Below, in pieces: positions 26,241 to 39,677 of a DNA stretch of 64,000 nucleotides (position 1 is the first letter of the stretch; the number at the start of each line of letters is the position of its first letter). The stretch spans positions 88,848,001-88,912,000 of the forward strand of contig NC_087437.1 of assembly GCF_036321535.1 (NCBI RefSeq). Reading direction: 5' to 3'. This DNA comes from Camelus dromedarius. Taxonomy: Eukaryota. The position numbers and the translations under genes were made by a program. The notes beneath the pieces are model-generated. The model saw only the letters and a list, made by a program, of their open reading frames with translations, ran no database searches and was not told where the DNA came from.

Positions 26241-26774
26241 GAAGCACAAGGGCTACTGGGTACTCTGTGAGAGCTGCGTCCCGGCTTTGGTCCAAGGGGA
26301 GACAGCAGTATCTGCTTTATGTGGGTTTGGAAGAGGCAGATCGGTGCAGCCCCCTGCTTCCTGCTGCAGCAGAATTTTTGGATGTTTGAGGGGTGAGCAC
26401 CTGTAGACAGGAAAGAAAAAAAAATCACAGTTGGGTCTTCATTGTTCCTGAATCTCTCCTGAGTCAAGAGACTAGAGGGTTGGACTCTCCAGCGTGTAGA
26501 GGCCCTCCTGCCTCTGGGTGTGGAGGGAGCCAGTGAAGGAGCTGTGCTGATGCTTTTGAAAGTATTTTCTCAAGATGCAGATGTGATTATTGCCTGAGAA
26601 GACAACCCAAAGCAGGAGGAGGAGGAGGAAGGGGCCGGTTGTCAGGTAAGTGCCCTGTCTTGGCTCAGAGGCTGTGTCTGTTTCTCCTTCTGAAACGCCG
26701 TGGATTGAGGACCTGCAAAACGCAGTTCTCTACTTCTGATGTTCCTGCCTAGTGAGGTGGTTTTCAACTACTTA

Positions 26775-28192
26775 TTTTTTTAAGTTGAAGTATAGTTGAT
26801 GTACAATATTATATGTCAGAGGTATACAATATAGTGGTGCAAAATTTTTAAAGGTTATTCTCCATTTATAGTTTTTCTAAGATATTGACCATATTCTCTG
26901 TGTGGCACAATATATCCTTGTAGCTTATTTTAGACCTAATAGTTTATTACTCTTAATCCCCTACCTGTACGTTTCCCTCTCCCCTTCCCTCCCCCCACAG
27001 GTAACCACTAGTTTGTTCGCTATATCTGTGAGTCTATTTCTTTTTTGCTATATTCACTAGTTTGTTGTATATTTTAGATTCCACATATAAGTGATAAGCT
27101 TACAGAACTGGTCTTTCTCTGTCTGACTTATTTCACTTAGCATTGTACCCCCAAGTCCATCCATGCTGTTGCAAGTGGCAAAATTTCATTCTTTTTTATG
27201 GCTGAGTAATAATCTATTGTATGTGTATATATCACATCTTCTTTATCCATTCATCTGTTAACGGACACTTAGATTTTGCTTCTATATCTTGGCAATTTTA
27301 AATAATGCTGCTGTTAACATTGGGAAGAGTGTATTTTTTGAATTTGTGTTTTGTTTTTTTGGGTATATACCCAGAGTGGAATTTCTGGGCCATATGGTAG
27401 TTCTACTTCTAGTTTTTTGAGAAACCTCCATATTGTTTTTCATAATGGCTGCACCAATTTATATTCCTACCAACATTGTATGAGGGTTCCCTTTTTCCAC
27501 ATCTTCTCCAACATTGGTTATTTGCCTTCTTTTTGATGATAGCCATTCTGACATGTGTGAGGTGATATCTCATTGTGTTTTTGATTTGCGTTCCCTGATT
27601 AGGATTTTGAGCATTTTTTCTTGTGCATGTTGGCCATCTGCATGTCCTCTTTAGAAAAATGTCTCTGCAGGTCTTCTGCCCATTTTATAATTGGATTGTT
27701 TGTTTTTTTGATGTTGAGTTGTAAGAGCTGTTTCTATACATTAGATATTAGCTCTTTATTGTCATGTCATTTGCAAATATTTTCTCCCGCTCAGTAGGTT
27801 GCCTTTTCATTCTGTTGGTTTTGTCAATGGTTTCCTTTGCTGTGCAAATCTTATAGGTTTCATTAGGTCCCATTTGTTTATTTTTGCTTTTATTTCCTTT
27901 GCTTTAGGAGACAGATCCAAAAAACTACTGCTAGGATTTATGTCAGAGTGTTCTGCTTATGTTTTCATCTCAGAGTCTTATGGTTTCCGGTCTTACATTT
28001 AGATCTTGAATCAATTTTGAGTTTATTTTTATATGTGGTATTAGAGAATGTTCTAATTTCATTCTTTTACACATAGCTGTCCAGTTTTCCCAGCACCACT
28101 TATTGAAGAGACTGTCTTTTCTCCATTGTATTCTTGCCTCCTTTGTCATAGATTAATTGACCATAAATATGTGAGTTTATTCCTGGGCTCTC
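26775..28192 (-). mobile_element. 5'-truncated L1 (3' part of ORF2 + 3'UTR), about 1.4 kb
   Basis: Starts with poly-T, followed by typical antisense L1 sequence: 'ctttctctgtctgacttatttcacttagc', 'gccattctgacatgtgtgaggtgatatctcattgtg' and 'ccagttttcccagcaccacttattgaagagactg'. Confidence 0.95.
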
Positions 28193-28609
28193 TTGGCTTT
28201 GCATTTATTTTAAGCTTCTGGTTCCTATCGGTTGCAGTTATTAAAATAAAAATTCAAAGATGATTAGAGAGTTCCCTGTTGAATAGCCAAGCTTGAAAAG
28301 GATTCAAATTGAGAGGGGAAGGCAGAAGTGAAATATTTGAATCCACATAGACAAACAAGAGAAAAACAGTTTGTAAGATGACTCTGAACTGAAGAATTTA
28401 TGTGCAAATAACCTGAAGCTGAGAAAAGTGAAGAATGAGATACCCCTGGATAAAGCAGTCTTTTTTTTTCTTAAGAATAATAAAAGACTATGTGATGTTT
28501 GCAAGTATTTATGACCATGAAGCAGAATCATATCACATGCTCAAAAAAAAAATGAAGTCTTAGTGTATAATGAAACATTCCTGAAAGAATGCTTTCTTAA
28601 AGTATCTGA

Positions 28610-28770
28610 AAAAAAAAGATTCCTGACCTAGTTCTGTTACTAACAACCTATGTGCTTCTGGAAAAAATGACTAAATATTCTTGCTGTGTTTCCTCATCTG
28701 TAAAATAGGGAAAATAAAACCGGACAATCTCTAAGACTTCTTCTAGTTCTAGAAGCTCTCTGATTCTACA
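28610..28770 (+). mobile_element. MIR (MIR3/MIRc-like)
   Basis: 'gtttcctcatctgtaaaataggg...tctctaagacttcttctagttctag'. Confidence 0.8.
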
Positions 28771-29957
28771 TGTATTTTTTTTTAATATAATGCTATAACC
28801 TATTCAGACATCAGAATTAACATTTTCCTGGAGCTAGAGTATTTTGGAAAGCATAATCTAATTTGAAAAAAGATTTCTTGACAATTCTTCAGATGTCAGT
28901 GGAAGACTGGACTATAAAAACTCAGTAATAACAATGTTGAACACAGTGGAACAAAGAAAAACTCCAAAGAATCTCTGCAACAAATACCATTGGTGTTTGT
29001 GTAATCTTAAGGGGGGAAAAAAAAGCAAAAGAGAGACAATTCCCTTAGGAATTCGACATCCTGGAATTTTTATTTTTAACACAGCCTGTCCTTCAAGGAG
29101 CCAATATTCAAACATGTGTATAATTAAGATATTTTGCTCATCCCACGTGTTCCACGTGCTGGTTTGAATTACTCAATCATTGGAAAATAGAAATGTAGAA
29201 TTAAAGAAAAATTTATAGTATTCCTATCACTAATTATGTCCCACACAGTTGATAAAGTTACAGACACACATCTCTATAGACATAACAGGTTTATTCAGCC
29301 TTGGTCTCTACTTACTTAGCTCTATCTATAGTTTTAAAAACAAAACCTTTGTGATACGTCCAGCCTAATTTGGACAATCCATGTTGGCTTCTATGACATC
29401 CACTGGAAAATTAGTAAATAAATTTCAATGTCAATAAACATTGGCTGACTACTTAATTTCCTTGTGTCTGAATTCCATGTAATTCCCTACAGTCATTCAT
29501 ACTTTCATCAGGAAGAACAAGAACAATTATCACCATAATCTAAACGCATTTACCACCTCCTTATGATGTGGGACATCTCAAGTGTGGGACAACGCAAGTT
29601 AAAAGGATACAATCCCTTTGTCCTAAAAGCATCCTCATCCTCCTTGGTCTGGCTCTACTGTGTGTTTGGGTCTCTGTCACATTGTCTTCTCTCAATAATT
29701 TGACCAAATCTTATTTCCTTCATTTCTCAAAAATAAATGTTTCTCCTCAATTTCTTCCTCCTGGTAAATGTCTTAATGCATCCTCTGTCAGTCTTTAGTC
29801 TCCTAATAGCTTTATTCCAGACGGATTATGCACATGGTTCCTGATGCCCCCTCATTATGCAGTGATAGCAGTTGCTCTGTTCGACCAGAGTAGCTCACTC
29901 CAAGGTGGAGGAAGAAATAGTTCCTCCTCCTGAGCAAACAGCTCTGTTCTGGAAAGG

Positions 29958-30423
29958 GCAACCACCTTTGTTTCTTTGCAGATCTGGGGACTGTTTGCTC
30001 TCAGATCTCTTCCTAGACCTTCTAATGTTTCATTCAGTATCATAGGAGGGTGGACCCCTGGCAATGGCAGGAGATAGAAGCATGAGACCAGGAGGTAGGG
30101 AGAAGCCAGGATATTTCTCCTTCTCCACCTCTACTCTGAACAACGTCTCTGGCAGCAGCCGTGTCTCCAGTGATGACTGTGGCTTCTCTGTGGCCTCTAC
30201 TCCTGCTACACTCCCAGCTCCTGCCTTGTACCCTGGCCTCAGGGTCCCTTAATATTGATCTTCATTTATGAGTTGAAGTGGCTTCCTGATGTTACTAATC
30301 TCTGGTTTGCTTCACCATCTTCTTAGCTCCTGCATCACTGTGTAACCAATATCCAGCATTGAATTTCCTGTTCTGAGTACTCAGAGTGATTTCTGTTTAT
30401 CTGGTTGAAATGTGGCAGATACA
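29958..30423 (+). mobile_element. ERVL LTR (LTR33-like), 5' LTR of a provirus
   Basis: Contains 'agggagaagccaggatatttctcc', 'gtggcttcctgatgttactaatctctgg' and 'catcactgtgtaaccaat', and ends in 'gataca'. ERVL-like internal leader follows directly. Confidence 0.75.
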
Positions 30424-32298
30424 CTTTTGCCTATAAGGAATGGTCCTAGGAAGCAAGTCCTCAAGAAAGGATGTGACATGGACTTTTTCACATATTGGAG
30501 CATGAATGTAGGACTGACCCCCTTGCAGGCAAAGAGGGAATTTTAGTAATTCATGGTATAGGGTGACATCACAAACCCCTGAAATACCAGGGCTCTAAAT
30601 AATCTGAGTTTGTCCACCATGGCAGCAACAATGGTTATAAGTATAGTAAGGGTTAGAAAAGTATTTGAGACAGCATTGAAGGGCTTCCAAAAAAAGAGTT
30701 AATTCAAAGTTTTGAACTTTTAGCTCAAAACTCAGGTAAAAAAAATCAGAGAATTTCTTAAGAGCAGTACATGAAATTTTTAATTTAATTGTAGGCATGG
30801 CTGAAGATCAGGACTAAAGTCTTATGGTACAGTCTGGAGAACTTTAAAGGTAGGTGGACAGACAGCCTTACCAAGTTTCTTGGTGAGGAAGGAATACATC
30901 CCTTAGATATGGGCAGAAACATTTGGGTGTTCTCAGAGGAAGCTGGAAACTGTGGGGCCCTATAATTAAATAAATCTCATAATTGAGTTCCCAAATTCAT
31001 TGGTCAGTTGAAACAATTTCTTTCCTCTTTTGGAGGAAATTTTAGCCTTCTTTCATAGACTACACACATCACATCTCAAAAAACAAAGTCAGGTTTCAAT
31101 AAAACCTAGGGGAGAATCACTCTCTCAGGAGAAGACAGCTTATACATCACATGGATTGGAAGAATTTGTTCGTATTTACCATTTGGAACCTGAGAAGCAT
31201 GTGTATGAATGGGTCCTGAGCATGTTAGACTGAAGAGGTGGAACAGAAGCTAGACAGGCTATGCTGTTGGATACAAGATCTAATGCACTGGCTTAATTGG
31301 CTAGAAATGGCTTGAAACAGTTTGCTTGGTTGACTGACTAAAGCATGGTTTCCACAAAGGACTATATTTTACGAGGTCGAGATACCAGAATGTCCCTGTA
31401 ATTATTTAGAAAAAGGAAGCCAACAGACATACAAATCTGGTGACTTTAGAATAAAATTATTATGTGCAACTTGTTTTTTTTTTTTTCTCCTTCTGACAAT
31501 GTTGCCTGAAAGTTGCAGAAAACACCCATCCCTGGGCATTGAGAAATGCATTATGAGGGAAAGAGCAGACTCCTTGAAAACCTAGTTCTAGCTCTCAGCC
31601 ACAGACTGGGGAGGATGGTGGGAGTTGCCACTCGGGAAGTAGTCTACATGATTTTAATGGGAATTGTGGGAGTCCAAAGGGACAGAGACCAGGTGACAGT
31701 ACTTAACCATCAGCAGTAAGAACAACTCAATTACTGTAACTGACTGTAGGGACAGACTGCCATTCAGTGTTTCAATGCCTAGGGATCTGGTGCATGGCTT
31801 ATTGATTATAGAGTCCTAGGAAAAAGTAATCGTAACATTTTACTTAATCTATATTATAGGAAATCTATGGAGCAAAAAATCTTGTGTTACTGTCATACGA
31901 AGTCATGGCCTCTTACCCAATCCCCCTACCTAAGCTAGTCTATGAACCTGAACCCCTTGATTAAGGGAGAGGCCATTCCCCCGTAAGGAAGGCCTTGCAA
32001 CACTGTTATGTGTGTAGAATGTAGATCATCCTCTGAGCATCCCTTGATAGGATATGTAGTCATTCTGCTGTGATACAGCACTGGAGAAAGGGAAAAAGTC
32101 CCAGACCTTGGCTCTGAGTAGACTCTCACCCCAGTGGACCTGAAATGCCACTGTGGTTCTGAAGCTTGTGGAAGATGGCTGGTGAATAGAGTGTTGGCCC
32201 AAGTTTATCTCAAAGTGAGCCAGCGAATCCATCCTTTGGCTATATTCCCAGTTCCTAACTACATAGTTGGGTAAAGCAGATAAAGAAAATAACAGAAT

Positions 32299-34057
32299 TG
32301 GTTCAGTCCAAAACGGCAATGTAGGAAGATTCTGAGCTCACCTCTGCCATGGACGCACTAAACCTACACCTACATACAGAGCAGTCTGTTCTGAAGAACT
32401 GAGGGTTGGCGGAACAGATTCTATACATTATATGATTGAGGGACCACGTAAAGAAGGGCAGAGATGAGTCACAGACACAGTATCTACGGGAATCCCACCT
32501 CTGATGTGGCAACCTGCGATAGGGAAAGATAGCACTGAGGGAACCATGTGCAGACTTGCGTGACCTGGGGCACAGCGAAAAATAAAAACAACCAGTGGTT
32601 TAAAGGGCACCTAGACTATGCATCAAGGATATCCATTTACTAACCCTGAGTGTATATCAGATGGATGGGGAATTGCTGGGACTCTCTCTGAGGTTGGAGG
32701 TACCAAAGCACCATTTTTGATATTCCCCTTCCACCTAGAAAGTTCAGGTGGAGATGCAATCCAGGTATTCTAGCTGACTGGCTAAGGCAGTGCCAGTGTG
32801 CTCAGGACTCCTGGTTCACACAAGCTACAGCCACCCCCCAAAAGCAGCGCCAGTTTGGCATGTCCTGGGCTCCCCTCTGCCCATGCACACTCTAGCTCCA
32901 GTTGTCTCACTGGGGTGGCCCAGTGCAATGTGCCCCAGGACTCCACAGCTCGTGGCTGCTCCAGCTCCAGATGGCCTGCCAAAGCTTCCTGGTACACACA
33001 GTATGCACAGGGGACACTCCTACTGTGTCAAGCCACGCCTTCAAGACTGAGAGAGGAAGCTGTTTTGTAGAGCTCATAGAAACAAACACAAAGTCAAACA
33101 AAGTGAGGAGACAGCAGAATACATTCCAAATGAAAGAATACAATAAAACCCCAGGAAAAAATCTAATAAGGTGGAGATAAAAAATATAAAAGGTTTAGAT
33201 GATTAAAATAGATGCTCCTGAACTTAGGAGGGAACACAGTAAGAACTTCAACAAAGAGTTATAAAATATAAGAAAGAATCAATCAGAGCTGAAGAATATA
33301 AACACTAAAATAAAAAAAAATACATTAGAGACATTAGAGGGTCTCAGTAGATTGGATGGTACCGAAGAACACTGAGGGAGGGAGTAAAAATTCAGGGCCA
33401 CAGAACTTAAGTGACTATCAGCTTAAAATAAACTGATTTATAGATTATATATATAATCTATATATAAACCTAATGGAAACCACAAACCAAAAACTTACAG
33501 TAGATATACAAAAAATAAAGAGAAAGGAACCCACTATTGAAACTAAAGGAAAGCATCAAACTATAAGGTAACTGACCTCCAGAACTTAATATCAAAAAAT
33601 AAACAATCTGATTAAGAAATGGGCACAGGACCTGAATAGGCATTTTTCCAAAGAATACATACAGATGGCCTACAGGCACGTGAAAAGATGCTCAACATCA
33701 CTAATCAGGTAAATGCAAATCAAAACCACAGTGAAATATCATTCACAACTGTCAGAATGGCTATGATGAAAAAGATAAGAAATAAGTGACAGCAAGAATG
33801 TGGGGAAAATGGAAGCCTGTGTATTGTTGGTAGAAATTTAAATGGCAAAACCTATAGAAAACAGTGTGGAGATTCCTCAAAAAATTAAAAATAGAACTAT
33901 CATATGATACAACAATTCTACTTCTGGCTATACTTTTGAAGAAAACAAAAACACTATTTTGAAAACATATATGCACCCCAATGTTCATTGCAGCATTATT
34001 TACCATAGCCAAGATATGGAAGCAACCTAAGTGTCCATTGATAGATGAATGGATGAA

Positions 34058-34102
<45 letters not shown>

Positions 34103-34567
34103 GGAACATATTTAACCAAAAAAGTATGGTATCTTGCCATTTGAGATAGACCCACAGGGAATTATGCTAAGTGAAATAAGTGAGATAGAGAAAGTCAAAT
34201 ATGGTATGATTTCATTTACATGTGGAATCTAAAAATATTAAACAAATATAACAAAACAGAAACAGACCCGCAGACACAGAGAATGAAGTAGTAGTTGCCA
34301 GAGGGGAGAGAGATGGGGCAATGGATGCAATAGGTGAAGGGGATTAAGTGTTATGAAATTCCAGTTATAAATAAGTCGCAGGGCTGTAATGTACAGCATA
34401 GGAAATATAGTCAACAATATTGCAGTAACTTTGTGTGGTAAGTAGATTTATCATGGTCATCATTTCATAATGTATTAAAATATTGAATCTCTATGTTGTG
34501 TGACTAATATAATGCTGTAAGTCAGTTATACTTCAATTAAAAAATGATTGCATCCAAATTAAAAGAG
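32299..34567 (+). mobile_element. Internally deleted L1 with both termini, flanked by a 16-bp TSD
   Basis: L1 5'UTR start 'aaaacggcaatgtaggaagattctgagctcacctc', ORF1 N-terminus at about 33100-33370, inter-ORF segment, ORF2 3' end from about 33580, then 3'UTR and A-tail. TSD aagaaaataacagaat (32283-32298) / aagaaaatgatagaat (34568-34583). Confidence 0.85.
34060..34100. repeat. (CA)n microsatellite inside the L1
   Basis: About 20 CA units. Confidence 0.95.
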
Positions 34568-35789
34568 AAGAAAATGATAGAATCCATGCAGTGGTCATGA
34601 TGATTAAAGCACCATATGTTAGCTTCTGAAAGTGTCCATCCTTACGTTAAAAAATAAATCAAAAGGAAAACCCCAACTCTGGAGGACCTGAGAGGAGGAT
34701 CAGCTTTCCCTCCAAAGGATTAAAGGATGAAGAAATAGCCAGTTTTAGGACCCCCACATTTAACTCACCTGCAAAATGCAGGAGAAATGTTAAAGAATGC
34801 CTATAGACTGTCCTAAACTTAACCAAGTGATGACAGTTGTAACTGCCTTTCCAGACATGTACCCCGAGCACAGTACATCAAAGCAGCCTTTGGAACTTAG
34901 CATACAATTATAGATCTGCCTGGAAAAACGCTTCTGTTCTTTTTCTTCTTCCTAATAATTTGAAAGGATCAACAGAAACAGCTCATTTTCACGTGTCAGG
35001 GACATCAGTGTAATGAATGCATAAGTATATGGTATACGGCACAGACATTGCTGTATCTTAAGGCTATTTCAGCTTTCCTGTTTTCTATCATAATAGAGTC
35101 CTCAATACCTTGATCAGGATATCCTTCAGAATATTCCACTGGTCCATGACACTATGCTGACTGAATCTGGTGAGGAAAGTGTAGGAAGAATAACCTAAAA
35201 GCCTAGGGATTTATTTGTGTGTAGGGACTAAGAGATAAAACAAACAAAAATTCCACCTTCTGTCAGTGACATTTCTCAGGGCGTGTTGGAACACTCTCTC
35301 TAAATTGAAAAACAGGTTGTTGCAACTTTTACCATGTAGCTCTCTGGGAACAAATAACTCTGGGAGCAAATGTAACTTTCATAAAAATAGAGACATATTT
35401 CCTAAGTGGATTTGCCTGAGCTCTGCACCTTGCTTCCTGTCCAGCACCACCATCCATGCAGTTACAGGTACCTTAACTCACGGTCCTGTATCCCACACGT
35501 CATTGCTTCTAACTGAGAAACCCATTTCACGCCAAGAGAAGAAGGCAATTCACGTCCACCAAATGTCCTTAACTCATGTACTAGCTGATCTGGTAGAATA
35601 GTGGAATGATCAAAGATTCAGTTTAGGGGCCATCTGGGAGACAGCACCCTGGTTGGCTCTGCTGTCTTACAAACTTTCCTGAATTTGCTTTGAAGTTGTG
35701 ACATATTTGGTACTATCCTTTGCGTGGTGCCAACACACTGGTCTGGGAACTGAGTTAGGGAAGTAGAAATGACCCTTCACAATAGTACT

Positions 35790-36395
35790 TGGTAGAATAA
35801 GAGAGAAACTTAATAAACTTGATAAGAGACAAGTCTAGATGGCCCCAGAGGTGCGTTTTCTCTCTCCTTTTGGTGTCTTAGCAGAGACTTGGTTTGTAGT
35901 ACTAAGAGCCTGTAGAGCGGCAAGAAGGCCTTTATTTTATGTACACATTCCTGGCACGCAAGACTTCCCCATGGCACACGGAGTGCAGAACTGAGTGCTT
36001 TGTATTCAGTATCTTCTATATCATTATACCTGGGCTCAGAGATATTTTGGTATATTTCTTGATTCTTAGTGAAGCTAGGTTTTTCCTACCTTCTCTTAGG
36101 CTGACCTATCAATCTTAATACAGGTTGGCCTTAGGCTCGTTGCTGTCTTGGGATGCTCTCAGTCTTCCAGCCTTCTGGTCCTGCCCAGCCCCCTTTGGTT
36201 GAATCCACGTGCATCCAGACCATCTCTGCCCTGTCTGAGCTCCGACCTAATGAGAGGTCAGGAGACAGCATGTGTTGTGCTACTTTTCTATTTAGAGCCA
36301 CTCTCCAGTAAACGCTGTAGGTGCTTCTCTAATAAACACCGCATATACACCACAAGCGCCTGTGTTCCTCATGGTGTGTTTGTGACTCCCTTGCA
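35790..36395 (+). mobile_element. Probable solo LTR nested in the ERV-L internal region
   Basis: About 600 bp that interrupt ERVL-like sequence. AATAAA at 36331 lies about 60 bp before a terminal 'ttgca'. Family not recognised and no clear TSD. Confidence 0.45.
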
Positions 36396-39300
36396 GCCAG
36401 CAATCCACTTCGCAAGTTTTTGCTTTACCTTCCTGCAAACTTGGGTGCTACTTTGCTAGTGATCTTAATTCTTAATGAAGACATATTTTGATCCAGAGGA
36501 TACAATTGTTATATTCAATTTGGAGTGGAGACTAACACCTGGCCTTTTGGAGCTTTTCATGCTGCTGAAAAATCAGGGATGGAGGAAGGTTACAAAACCA
36601 GAGGAAAAACAGATTGTTGATAATTTGTGGCAAGAAGAAATATGTATGGAATCTAGTGGAAACTTAGGGTGAATCTTATTACTTCCATATTTCATAGTAA
36701 AGATCAATGGAAGATAATATAAAACCTATAAAAGCAGGGCCCAAGACTGAGACCCTCAGAAATGTAGGTCTGATCACCCCAGTAGGTAATGAACCTAACC
36801 ATCTGAAGTCTAGACTGAGGGCAAGAATCCTGATTTTCTAGACACCAAATAATTAGCTATGTAGACTCTGACTTCATGTCATGATTTTGATTTAGCAAAT
36901 GTGATTTTCCCCAATTGTAACGTGATTCTTTTCAAAACTAGGATGTGCCCTCCTCATTTAGGGAAGGTCTTTCTTTTCTTTCTGGGCCAGATTCCCCTAT
37001 CAACCCTTGTCTCATGGGTAGGACTTGAACATAAATGAAATTCTCATTTTATTCTCTGAAATAATTTCCCATTTCTTTCAAAGCAATAGCCATCTTGCAT
37101 TAAGTTATAAGATGATAGCTCTTTAGTATATAAGAGCTCAGTTTAAAGCAGATACATCTTATTTTCATATATATTTTACCTTAACATTTTATTGTTATTT
37201 TAAGGACAGGACCATGTATAATTGCATTTTAGAATCTTTATGCATTGAAAACTGCTTTTATGACTTACTGGTTGTGTGTTCTTAGTACATTTCTCTTAAG
37301 TAATTCATATGCTACATTTGGGGGATGCTAACTGCTATACACATACAAACTGTTATCACTGTTTCTGCAGGGGCATCTTCAAATTGCCACCCATTTAATG
37401 AGCGCTCCTTACCTAGAGCTAACCACATACATTGCCTACACAAATCTTCCTGGCTTTTGACTTTTGTCTTTAAAACCTGACTTTTTGCTAATTTTTTTCT
37501 CAACTCATGGAACCTAACTTATAATCACAGATATTTTATACATGAAACCTCTTTATCGGTCTTATTTGAGAACAATTTTGGTATTAGTTGTCTTAAAGGG
37601 CTTTTTCTTCACATTGCCTGTTATTTATCTTCACATGCCCCATTACTTTTGTAGAGAGAGTTGAGATTGTGATTGTATAAAAGAACATATCACCTTTTTA
37701 ATGACTGTAAATGATGTTTTAGATCCTCATTCCCAGTGTTATTATTAATATAGGTAGTTTTTGTTGAAAACAGCTAGCTATGACCAGCTAGATTATTGCA
37801 AAGCAAAGTTAAATTTCCTGAAATTCAGTTTTTACTAAAATCTAGAATGACTATTATTAGAAATATAGATCAGCATTGTAATTTCTAGGAAGTACAAGGA
37901 ATTAGTGTATTTTTGGATATTTTTTCCTTGGGTCTAATGTACTTCCCTCCAAACTTTTAAGGAAATTTGCTTTTTGGAGTTTAAAAAAATGATTTATACT
38001 CTCAGTGAGAAAAGATATGGCTTACATGGTTCATGATATTAACTATTATAAAGCTTATTGACAATAGTCTAGCATTTCAATATGTCCCAGTTCTATGTAT
38101 CGCTAGTATTAGAGTTATGCAAATGGTTTTACTGGTTCTTGAATGACTCTTCTAAGTATCATCAGAGATGACTGAAACTATTTTAAAAAAACTCATTCTA
38201 GAACCATTTCAATATCTAAACATTCTGATGACTGAAGGATACTGCTCTTCAAATTCTGACAGAATCCCAGTCTGCAATCATGTTTGAGTGACAGTAAAAA
38301 TAGTATTTCAACTTTCTGAACCTAAATGTATATACATTTGTCAGATAAAAGGGTTTATCTTACATACGAAAATGTGCCTCATAACTAAAAACACCCAACC
38401 CATTTAATACATTAGTCTCTTTAAAATTAATTAAACCTACTGTAAAGAGTTTTAAAATAAATTTCATCTGAAGTAAAAAGTATGTAAATTCCCTGAATGT
38501 CAAACTTTGAAAACAAATGTGTAAGCAAACAAAATGTTAAAAAGAAAACAGTCTTTTCAATCTGAATCACCTCCTGATTTTATGTTCTTACTACAAATGG
38601 TGTAGATAATTCAATATATCTTACTTAATATAATGGTTGTTTGGAGCCTGGTTATTTGGCAATGTCACTGATTATTCCTACTGAAGGATAAGCATGGTGC
38701 ATCATTGTTTTAATCAGAATAGGTAAGTGAGGCTTAGGTCAATCGCTGACCCTGAGAGACTCTATGCAGGAAACATTTCATGCTCACTGTAGAGGCTGGC
38801 AGGAGCCTCTTTTCCACTTAGCTGCTCTAGAATAAGGAAGGCTTTCTTCTTTCTTTGCTTCTAAAGTTGCAACATCTGGAACACTTAGTCTCTTCAGTTT
38901 CTACTTTTTAAAATGGATTCATTTTAGAAGTTAAGCATGTTCCTTCTGCTTCCGTCTAATTGGCTCAAGTTATTTATATGGTCTGATCAAGCTGCAAGAA
39001 CATGGGGAAACTAGGACAAGAAATATTTGGTGAACATTTTCTCTGCTGCAGCTGTGAACAATAACAGGCATTTATTGATTAACTTTACATGTTAGTCACT
39101 GAGCCAACAGCTGACCACAGAGTAAGATACTAATTCTCATTTGACCCCAGGAAGCCTATAAGCCAACCAGTGGAAGTATTTCTTCAATAATAGTCATCCA
39201 ATTGACATGATATTACAACTTCTCCAAAGGATTCCAAAACTCAAGTATCCATTCACATGTGAAAGAAAGAAAATATCCAGTAAAAACTAATTGAAATACT

Positions 39301-39677
39301 GTAGAATATTTTTCCTATGGATAGGAGCATAGTTATATATTATTATTATTTCATGTGCAATTTTAAAATCAATTACAATTTTAAAATAATGAGCCTGTGA
39401 TTCAGAGAGCTTAAATGCCTTACTCAACACATACAGCCAATAAACACTGACAAGGTGCAATTCATCTCTTTTATGGTGGAACTTAGCAGTTCCCACCCTC
39501 TCCACCCCCACCTCACCCCACAAGAGAATATTCCAACTACCACAAGGCAATAGTCAGATGGATAGTTCTCTATTAATCTCTGTGTCACTTTTGTGCTTTC
39601 TGTGGAAGCATTGAAATGAATCTTCCTTTGAGCAGTCCATTTCCATGGGACTTTATTAGATTTGTAAGTTGATAAAG

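Larger units (their letters stand above)
30424..36830 (+). mobile_element. Decayed ERV-L (class III) internal region: gag-pro-RT-IN-dUTPase relics, interrupted by insertions
   Basis: gag-like 'EKTAYTSHGLEEFVRIYHLEPEKHVYEWVLSMLD' (ORF 31030-31233). Protease-like HWRKG...GSE*TLTPVDLKCHCG at about 32080-32160. RT-like blocks 'aaacttaaccaagtg', 'aaggatcaacagaaacagctcattttcacgtgtcagggacatcag' and 'aaggctatttcagctttcctg...cataat' at 34810-35095. dUTPase-like 'PEDTIVIFNLEWRLTPGLLELFM' (ORF 36475-36672). All carry stops or frameshifts. Confidence 0.85.

Noticed and set aside
31030..31233. ERV-L gag ORF as a domesticated Fv1-like restriction gene
   Set aside because: Only 67 codons are open, the start is non-ATG, and the flanking gag sequence is full of stops and frameshifts.
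32782..33180. Cluster of overlapping ORFs on both strands
   Set aside because: GC-rich L1 5'UTR sequence, where stops are naturally rare.
36475..36672. Functional dUTPase
   Set aside because: Short, internally deleted and highly diverged relic of the ERV-L dUTPase region.
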